Of a DNA stretch of 64,000 nucleotides, positions 49,741 through 58,784 are shown piece by piece. The notes beneath the pieces are model-generated. The model was not told where the DNA came from. It saw only the letters and a program-made list of their open reading frames with translations, and ran no database searches. Source of the stretch: an uncultured Rhodospirillaceae bacterium. GTDB taxonomy: Bacteria > Pseudomonadota > Alphaproteobacteria > SP197. The DNA lies in the NCBI GenBank assembly GCA_964530335.1, contig CAZGYG010000001.1, forward strand, positions 79,770 through 143,769. The letters run 5' to 3'. A program made the translations under genes and the position numbers. Each line of letters starts with the position of its first letter. The stretch's first letter is position 1.

Positions 49741-49795
49741 CAGCGCCGATTTGAGCTTCAGCTTGCGGGCGCTTAACAAATGCGGCTAAAGCGGC
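49741..49795 (+). ncRNA. Candidate SAM-II (metA-type) riboswitch in the metY leader
   Basis: CAGCGCCGAUUUGAGCUUCAGCUUGCGGGCGCUUAACAAAUGCGGCUAAAGCGGC. P1 is AGCGCC/GGCGCU, enclosing a GAUUU..GCUU loop, with a 3' GGCUAAAGC tail able to pair with the loop GCUU. These are the landmarks I recall for SAM-II. Not verified by a covariance model. Confidence 0.4.
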
Positions 49796-49868
49796 ACGGC
49801 AAGACCGCCCGGACCCGTCCGCGGCGGTCTTCGTTGCTGTAGGGCGGGCGCGCGAGGAGGACGAGACC

Positions 49869-52217
<2,349 letters not shown>

Positions 52218-52218
52218 C

Positions 52219-52980
52219 GTGCCCCTGCCCAGCCTGTTCATCAGCCACGGCTCGCCCATGACGGCGATCGAGCCGACGCCGACCCACGAGTTCCTGAAGC
52301 GGCTGGGCCAGGAGCTGCCGAAGCCCAAGGCCGTGCTGTGCATCTCGGCCCATTGGGAGACCGACAAGCCGCGGGTGACCTGCGCCCGCCGGCCCGACCT
52401 GATCTACGACTTCACCGGCTTCCCCAGGCCGCTCTACCAGGTGACGTATCCGGCGCCGGGCTCCCACGAGCTCGCCGGACGTATCGCGTCGCGGCTGGCG
52501 ACCGTGGGGCTCACCACGGTCCTGGACCCGGTGCGTGGGCTCGACCACGGCGCCTGGGTGCCGCTCTCGATCATGTACCCGGCGGCCGACGTGCCCGTTG
52601 TCCAGCTTTCGATCCAGCCTGACGAAACCACCGACCATCACCTGAAGCTCGGCCAGGCGCTGGCGCCGCTGCGCGACGAGAACATCCTGATCGTCGGCAG
52701 CGGCAACGCGACCCACAACCTGGGCGCCTGGCGTGGGCCGAACTCGCCGACGCCCGATTGGGTCACGGCGTTCGGCGCCTGGCTCGACGACAAGGTTCTG
52801 GCCCGCGACACCGGCGCGCTCGCGCGCTACCGCGCCGAGGCCCCCTACGCCGCGGAAAACCACCCGACCGAGGACCACTATTTGCCGCTGCTGCCGGCAA
52901 TCGCCGCCGGCGGCGCGGCGCGCAAGCTGTTCGCCGCCTACGACGGCCCGCTCGACATGGCGGCCTACGCGTTCGACTGA
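52219..52980 (+). CDS. ygiD: Class-III extradiol dioxygenase, 4,5-DOPA dioxygenase (YgiD) family
   Basis: GTG at 52219, directly after the hemB stop. Sequence LFISHGSPM...CISAHWET...VLDPVRGLDHGAWVPL...GSGNATHNL. Confidence 0.8.
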   Translation: MPLPSLFISHGSPMTAIEPTPTHEFLKRLGQELPKPKAVLCISAHWETDKPRVTCARRPDLIYDFTGFPRPLYQVTYPAPGSHELAGRIASRLATVGLTTVLDPVRGLDHGAWVPLSIMYPAADVPVVQLSIQPDETTDHHLKLGQALAPLRDENILIVGSGNATHNLGAWRGPNSPTPDWVTAFGAWLDDKVLARDTGALARYRAEAPYAAENHPTEDHYLPLLPAIAAGGAARKLFAAYDGPLDMAAYAFD

Positions 52981-53831
52981 ACCTGCTTCCCCAGCACGAA
53001 GTTGCGCACGACGGCGACTTGGGTCGAATCGACCAGGGCGGGCGCATGGCCCACGCCCGGGAACGTGACCACGCGGGCGCGCGGGCCGCGTGACGCCGCC
53101 TGGGCCGCCGTCTCGGCCAGCAGCAGGTCCGAGACCCCGCCGCGCAGCATCAGGGTGGGGCAGCGGATCGCATCCCACGCCGCCCACAGGTCCAGGTCCT
53201 TGTCGACGCCCTTGGCGAAGGGCGTGCGGATGGCCGGGTCGTAGTGCAACCGAAAGCCGCCGGCCGGATCGGGGCGCAGCCCGTGTTCCGTCAGGTGGCG
53301 CCACCAGGAGTCCGGCAAAGCCCCGAACTCGGCGTGGACCCGGCGCAAGTACGCCTCGGCCTCGGCCAGGTCGGCGAAGCCGGGGTCGAGCCCGACGTAG
53401 GCGCCGATCGCAGCCAGCGCGGCCTTGGGGATGAACGGGCCCACGTCGTTGAGGACCAGCCGCTCGATCGGCGTCTCGGGCAGCGCCGCCAGGAGCATCC
53501 CGACGATGCCGCCCATGGACGTGCCGACCCATGCGACCCGGCCGATGCCCAGCGCCCCAAGCAGGCCGAGCACCGCGGCCACGTAGGTCGGCCCGGCGTA
53601 GGCCGCCGGGTCGGCCAGCCACGCGCTACCGCCGCGACCGGGCATGTCGGGGCACAGCACGCGGACCTCGTTCGATTCGAGCGCCGCGGCGAGGGCGTCG
53701 AAGTCGCGGCCGTTGCGTGTCAGGCCATGGACGCAGACGACCGTGCGCGCCGCGTCCGCGGGGCCCCAATCGGAGTAGGCGAGGCGCACCGGCGCGCCGG
53801 CTAGATCGACCTCGGCGCTAGCCGTCCGCAT
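52965..53831 (-). CDS. Alpha/beta-fold hydrolase
   Basis: VVCVHGLTRNGRDFD, and the nucleophile elbow GTSMGG. 288 aa. Its 3' end overlaps ygiD by 16 nt (convergent). Confidence 0.8.
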   Translation of the reverse strand: MRTASAEVDLAGAPVRLAYSDWGPADAARTVVCVHGLTRNGRDFDALAAALESNEVRVLCPDMPGRGGSAWLADPAAYAGPTYVAAVLGLLGALGIGRVAWVGTSMGGIVGMLLAALPETPIERLVLNDVGPFIPKAALAAIGAYVGLDPGFADLAEAEAYLRRVHAEFGALPDSWWRHLTEHGLRPDPAGGFRLHYDPAIRTPFAKGVDKDLDLWAAWDAIRCPTLMLRGGVSDLLLAETAAQAASRGPRARVVTFPGVGHAPALVDSTQVAVVRNFVLGKQVQSNA

Positions 53832-54972
53832 CGTCGCCGTCGATCTCGACGAAGGTGTCGGTGAAGAAGCCGTTGAACCGCGTGGCGTTGGCGTTGCTGT
53901 AGGCGCCGACCTGGTCGATCTCGATCCAGTCGCCCTCGCGGATGTCGTCGGGCAGCGCGTAGGGGTGCGGCAGCACGTCGACCGAATCGCAGGTCGGCCC
54001 GTTCAGGATGAACTCGGCCGTGCGCGCGCCGAACTCGCCGTCGAGCCGGATCGCCCGCGCCGGCAGCCGGATGTTGGCGACCTTGGTTTCCGACAGCCCG
54101 CCGTAGAGCCCATCGTTGATGTAAAGCTGGCCGTCCTTGCGCAACTGGACCTGGACCAGGAGCGACATGCCGTCGGCGACCATGGCCCGACCGGGCTCGC
54201 ACATCAGCACGCAGTCGTTGCGCAGCTTGAGCGACTTGGCGGCGCGCACGATCTCGTCGACGAAGGTCTCGAGCGGCGGCGCCTGGGTGCCGGGATAGGA
54301 CGCGGGGAAGCCGCCGCCCACGTCGAGCACCTGGATCGCCACGCCCGACCGTTCGATGACCTCGCCCGCGAGCTCCATGGCCTTGGTGTAGGCGAGCGGC
54401 GTCGTGCACTGGGAGCCGACGTGGAAGGCGAGCCCTGGAACGAGCCCCTCCTTGTCGACCCGCGCGAGCAGCGCCGCCGCGTCCTCGGGCGGGGCGCCGA
54501 ACTTGGCCGACAGGTCGTAGAGCGCCTCGGTCTTCGGGGTCTGCATGCGGACCACGACGGTCAGCCCTTCGTCGTTGGTCTCCTCGAGCAGCTTGGTCAG
54601 CTCGGCGTCGTGGTCGACGACGTACTGGCGCACGCCGTAGACCTCGCGCGCGCTCTGGATCACCGCGCGGCCCTTGACCGGGTGCATGAAGTACGGCTCG
54701 ACATCGCGGAACATCTCGCGCACCTGGGCGATCTCGGGCAGCGAGGCCACGTCGAAGTGCCGGATGCCGGCATCGTAAAGCGCCTGCACAACGTCCGGGT
54801 GCGGATTGCACTTGAGCGCGTACAGCACGCGCCCGGGAAACAGGTCGAGGAAACGCCGCGCCGTGCGCCGCAGAACCTTGGGCTTGAGGCAGTAGACGGG
54901 GTAGCTGGGCGTCAGCGCCTGGGCCACCGCCCGCGCGTCGTGGAAGGTCGGCCGGGGCTTCCGGCCCATCAT
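53818..54972 (-). CDS. Group-IV (alanine-racemase-fold) PLP-dependent decarboxylase, ornithine/lysine decarboxylase type
   Basis: ATG at 54972 (MMGRKPRPTFHD...). YALKCNP (PLP Lys), HVGSQ, LDVGGGFP, CEPGRAMV, GPTCDS. This is the tail of track ORF 53818..55377. Confidence 0.85.
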   Translation of the reverse strand: MMGRKPRPTFHDARAVAQALTPSYPVYCLKPKVLRRTARRFLDLFPGRVLYALKCNPHPDVVQALYDAGIRHFDVASLPEIAQVREMFRDVEPYFMHPVKGRAVIQSAREVYGVRQYVVDHDAELTKLLEETNDEGLTVVVRMQTPKTEALYDLSAKFGAPPEDAAALLARVDKEGLVPGLAFHVGSQCTTPLAYTKAMELAGEVIERSGVAIQVLDVGGGFPASYPGTQAPPLETFVDEIVRAAKSLKLRNDCVLMCEPGRAMVADGMSLLVQVQLRKDGQLYINDGLYGGLSETKVANIRLPARAIRLDGEFGARTAEFILNGPTCDSVDVLPHPYALPDDIREGDWIEIDQVGAYSNANATRFNGFFTDTFVEIDGDDADG

Positions 54973-54989
54973 CGTGCGCGGCGCATGGT

Positions 54990-55463
54990 TCAGAACGGGA
55001 TGTCGTCGTCGAGATCGTCGGACTTGCCACCCCGTGTGCCGCGTTCCTGGCCACCGCGCTCCTGGCCGCCGGAACCTTCGGTGTCGGACCCGCCGGATTC
55101 GCCGCCGCCGCCGCGCGCATCGAGCATGGTCAGCTCGCCGCGGAAGTTCTGCAGGACGACCTCGGTCGAGTAGCGCTCCTGCCCGTCCTTGTCGGTCCAT
55201 TTCCGCGTCTGGAGCTGGCCCTCGATGTAGACCTTCGAGCCCTTGTGCAGGTACTTCTGCGCCACTTCGCACAATCGTTCGTTGAAGATGACGACGCGGT
55301 GCCACTCGGTCTTTTCTTTCCGCTCGCCCGAGGCCTTGTCGCGCCACGACTCGGATGTGGCGAGGTTCAGGTTGCACACTGGCTTGCCATCGTTCAGGTG
55401 GCGGACTTCCGGGTCCCGGCCCAGGTTGCCGATGAGGATGACCTTGTTGACGCTGCCGGCCAT
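54990..55463 (-). CDS. ssb: Single-stranded DNA-binding protein
   Basis: [21 protein letters not shown]...TEWHRVVIF..., a Gly-rich linker, and the acidic tip DDLDDDIPF. Confidence 0.96.
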   Translation of the reverse strand: MAGSVNKVILIGNLGRDPEVRHLNDGKPVCNLNLATSESWRDKASGERKEKTEWHRVVIFNERLCEVAQKYLHKGSKVYIEGQLQTRKWTDKDGQERYSTEVVLQNFRGELTMLDARGGGGESGGSDTEGSGGQERGGQERGTRGGKSDDLDDDIPF

Positions 55464-55589
55464 GGACGTGCCTTTCCCGAAGCTAGGGTTGCTGGGGCAG
55501 ATTTAACCGGATTCGGACCGCATCCGCTACACCGCCGCGGGACGCGTGATTGGCGGCGGTTGCGCGCGGTCGGACCACAGCCGGAGGCG

Positions 55590-56354
55590 TCAACAGCCTG
55601 CTTGCCCGCCGACGTAGGCCGCGCCGAACGTCCGGCGGAGCAATTCGATGCACTCGCCAAGGTTCTCGGCGTCTCTCAGATCGTTCGGATCGGCGGATTC
55701 CGTGGCGGCGGCAGGTATGCGACGACACAACTCGTCCGCTTCGCTCGACCGGCCGAGCCTTCGGTACACCGAGGCGAGCTGCTCGACGCCAGCCCTAATC
55801 TCCCCGCTGCCCGGGTCGAACGTGGCCTCCTTGAGCTTCAAGGATTGCACGAGCATGGGTTCGGCCTCGCCCCAAAGCTTTTGCAGCGAGTACGACGCCG
55901 CGATCAATTCGTAGACAGCGGAGACTGCGGTTTTTTCGGCGAGGCTGGAGCCGGCGTACTTCAACAGCACCAGCGCGCGCTCGGCGGATCGCTTCGCATC
56001 CTCATGCCGTCCCTGAGCGGCATGCGTCAACGAACTCATCGCATGCGTCAGCGATTGACGAACGTCGCCGAATCGAAATGAGTCCGCCTCGTGAAGTGAC
56101 GTCTCGATGTGCTCGTTGGCGGCTGCGTTGTCGCCCGCTCCGACGGCCGCGCAGCTCGCTGAAAAGCCGAGCGCCCAGGGGGACGTATCGGATTTGACGC
56201 CGCCGGTAAATTCGAAACTGCTGATCCCGAGCGCCAAAACTACGAAGATCGCGCCGAACACGAAGGTCATGGCTATGACACGAGGGCTCAGGAATGGAGC
56301 GAGCCCTTGTGCGGAACGCTCGATGTCGAACCCGGATTTCGGTGGGTCTTCCAT
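55590..56354 (-). CDS. Hypothetical membrane-anchored protein with TPR-like helical repeats
   Basis: ATG at 56354 follows GAGGGA. One TM segment (VIAMTFVFGAIFVVLALGISSF), then helical repeats (EDAKRSAERALVLLKY..., AEPMLVQSLKLKEATF..., VEQLASVYRRLGRSSEADELC). A hand count of 56161-56220 gives 35 of 60 G+C. Confidence 0.6.
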   Translation of the reverse strand: MEDPPKSGFDIERSAQGLAPFLSPRVIAMTFVFGAIFVVLALGISSFEFTGGVKSDTSPWALGFSASCAAVGAGDNAAANEHIETSLHEADSFRFGDVRQSLTHAMSSLTHAAQGRHEDAKRSAERALVLLKYAGSSLAEKTAVSAVYELIAASYSLQKLWGEAEPMLVQSLKLKEATFDPGSGEIRAGVEQLASVYRRLGRSSEADELCRRIPAAATESADPNDLRDAENLGECIELLRRTFGAAYVGGQAGC

Positions 56355-56574
56355 GATCTCGTTCCCTCGCGGTACGACCCTTTTGAACCGATTCGAGTCT
56401 GGGCCCTAAATCCGAAGTAATCCACGCGAAATCGCGCCCTAAGGTTCGGCGGACCGCGATGTTCGTCGCCGTGCCGCTCGCGAAGGCGTAGACGTGTACC
56501 GCGGCACGGATCTTGACGGCGCGGCGCCGACCGCGCGACGGTTGGGCATCCCCAACCCCGGGACCGGTTCGCCC

Positions 56575-57252
56575 ATGCGCATCCTGGTGATCGAGGACGA
56601 CGACGCGACCGCGTCCTACCTGGTCAAGGGCCTGACCGAGTCCGGCTACACGGTCGAGCGCGCCGCGGACGGCCGCGACGGCCTGTTCATGGCCTCCGAG
56701 GGCGGCTACGACGCCATCGTCGCCGACCGCATGATGCCCAAGCTCGACGGCCTGGCCGTGGTACGGGCGTTGCGCGAATCGGGCGTGGTGACGCCGGTCC
56801 TGGTGCTCAGCGCGCTCGACCGGGTCGACGAGCGGGTGCGCGGGCTCAAGGCCGGCGGGGACGACTACCTGACCAAGCCGTTCGCCTTCGCCGAGCTGCT
56901 CGCACGGCTCGAGGCCCTGCTGCGCCGGCCGCCGCCGTCGGACACGGTGACCCGGCTCGCGGTCGGCGACCTTCACCTCGATTTGCTGACCCGCGGCGTG
57001 ACGCGCGCTGGCCGCCGCATCGACCTCCAGCCGCGCGAGTTCAAGCTGCTCGAGTTCCTCATGCGCCGGGCCGGCCAGGTGGTGACCCGCACCATGCTCC
57101 TGGAAGGCGTGTGGGACTACCACTTCGACCCGCAGACCAACGTCATCGACGTCCACATCAGCCGGCTCAGGCAAAAAATCGACAAGGACTTCGATCCGCC
57201 CCTTCTCCACACGGTACGCGGCGCGGGATACTGCCTGCGTGCGCCCGACTAG
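56575..57252 (+). CDS. OmpR-family response regulator
   Basis: ATG at 56575 (MRILVIEDDDATASYL). Acceptor context IVADRMMPKLDG, LTKPF, and a winged-helix C-terminus (RIDLQPREFKLLEFLMR...HTVRGAGYCLR). Confidence 0.9.
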   Translation: MRILVIEDDDATASYLVKGLTESGYTVERAADGRDGLFMASEGGYDAIVADRMMPKLDGLAVVRALRESGVVTPVLVLSALDRVDERVRGLKAGGDDYLTKPFAFAELLARLEALLRRPPPSDTVTRLAVGDLHLDLLTRGVTRAGRRIDLQPREFKLLEFLMRRAGQVVTRTMLLEGVWDYHFDPQTNVIDVHISRLRQKIDKDFDPPLLHTVRGAGYCLRAPD

Positions 57253-58639
57253 CCCGTTACGCAGCTCGGTCTTCCGCCTGTCGCTCGCCTTCGCGGCGGC
57301 GTTCGGCGGCTCCGCGTTGCTGCTGCTCGGGTTCCTCTACGTCCGTTCCGGCAACGTGCTCGACGCCGAGGCCGACGCCGTGATCGCCGCCGAGGCCGAA
57401 GGGCTGCGCCTCGACTACCGCGACCATGGGATGGTCGGCCTGGTCCAGGAGCTGCGCGAACGCCTGGTCGACGAGCGCGGACGCAACGCGATCTATCTGC
57501 TGGTCGATCCGGCCGGGCGGCCGATCGTCGGCAACCTGGCCGACTGGCCGCGCGAGGTTCGCCGCGACGGTCCGTGGGTCCTGCTCGATTTGCGCCGCTT
57601 CGAGGAGGGCGCCGCCGCGAAGGCCGAGGCGCGCGCCCTGGTGTTCGACCTGGCGGGCGGCCACCGCCTGCTGGTCGGCCGCGACCTGCGCGAGCGCGTC
57701 GAGCTCAGGCGCGCGACCCTCGAGGCCCTGGCCTCGTCGCTCGTCGCCACGGTCACGCTCGGGCTCGGCGGCGCCTACCTGCTCATGCGCCGGGTGTTGC
57801 GGCGCATCGACGCCGTCGAGCGGACGGCGGCGACGATCGTGCGCGGCGACCTCAGCCAGCGCGTGCCCCTGCTCGGCCGCGGCGACGAATTCGATCGGCT
57901 TGGCGCCCGGCTCAACGACATGCTCGCCGAGATCGAGCGGCTCATGGCGGCCATGCGCGAGGTCAGCGACAACGTCGCCCACGACCTGCGCCGGCCCTTG
58001 ACCCGGCTCAAAGGCAGGCTCGAGGTCGCCCTGCTCGACCTCGCCGAGGACAACCCCGGGCGCCAGGCCATCGAATCCGCGATCGCCGAGACCGACACCC
58101 TGATCGAATCCTTCAACGCCCTGCTCACCATCGCGCGCGCCGAGGCGGTGACCCCCGAGGCCATGGAAGACATCGACCTGGTCGCTGTCGTGACCGACGC
58201 GGTCGAACTCTACCGGCCGCTCGCCGAGGAAAAAGGGCTCGCGCTCGACTTCGCGGCCGAGGGCGCCGTACCCACGCGCGGCCATGCCCAGTTGCTCGCC
58301 CAGGCGACGGCCAACCTGCTCGACAACGCGGTCAAGTACACGCCAGCGGGCGGGCGTATCGCCGTCACGGTCGCGCGCGACGGCGACGCGGCGACGATCG
58401 CGGTGGCGGACGACGGCGCGGGCATTCCCGAATCCGAGCGCGAACGCGCGCCGCGCCGCTTCGTTCGCCTCGATGCCAGCCGCTCGACGCCCGGCAGCGG
58501 GCTCGGCCTCAGCCTGGTCGAAACGGTGGTCCGGCTGCACGGCGGTACGCTGCGCCTCGACGACAACCGCCCTGGCTTGCGCGCGATCCTGACCCTTCCG
58601 ACCCCCGCCGCGACGATTTCTGCGCCCGTACGGGTTTGA
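57239..58639 (+). CDS. Sensor histidine kinase (2 TM, HAMP, HisKA, HATPase)
   Basis: GTG at 57239 overlaps the regulator's 3' end. H-box SDNVAHDLRRPL, N-box LLDNAVKYT, G1 DDGAGIP, G2 GSGLGLS. Confidence 0.9.
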   Translation: MRPTSPLRSSVFRLSLAFAAAFGGSALLLLGFLYVRSGNVLDAEADAVIAAEAEGLRLDYRDHGMVGLVQELRERLVDERGRNAIYLLVDPAGRPIVGNLADWPREVRRDGPWVLLDLRRFEEGAAAKAEARALVFDLAGGHRLLVGRDLRERVELRRATLEALASSLVATVTLGLGGAYLLMRRVLRRIDAVERTAATIVRGDLSQRVPLLGRGDEFDRLGARLNDMLAEIERLMAAMREVSDNVAHDLRRPLTRLKGRLEVALLDLAEDNPGRQAIESAIAETDTLIESFNALLTIARAEAVTPEAMEDIDLVAVVTDAVELYRPLAEEKGLALDFAAEGAVPTRGHAQLLAQATANLLDNAVKYTPAGGRIAVTVARDGDAATIAVADDGAGIPESERERAPRRFVRLDASRSTPGSGLGLSLVETVVRLHGGTLRLDDNRPGLRAILTLPTPAATISAPVRV

Positions 58640-58664
58640 TTAGCGCGAAATCCCTTCAGGCGGA

Positions 58665-58750
58665 GTCGTCATGGCCGGGCAAAGTCCCGGCCATCCACGC
58701 CTTCGGCCACGGTAGCACGTGGATGCCCGGCACGAGGCCGGGCATGACGG
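58665..58750. repeat. REP-like inverted pair of GC hairpin modules
   Basis: GTCGTCATGGCCGGGCAAAGTCCCGGCCATCCACG (58665-58699) and CACGTGGATGCCCGGCACGAGGCCGGGCATGACGG (58716-58750) are imperfect reverse complements. Each is itself a hairpin (GGCCGGG..CCCGGCC; GCCCGGC..GCCGGGC). Confidence 0.65.
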
Positions 58751-58784
58751 TTCCACTTGAAGGAATTGCGACTTACATTGGCGC

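Noticed and set aside
55245-57210. ORFs 55245..56081 plus (278 aa) and 56002..57210 minus (402 aa) across the TPR and response-regulator genes.
   Set aside because: They are antisense to frames that give a clean TM-plus-helical-repeat protein and a textbook OmpR-family regulator. Their translations lack motifs.
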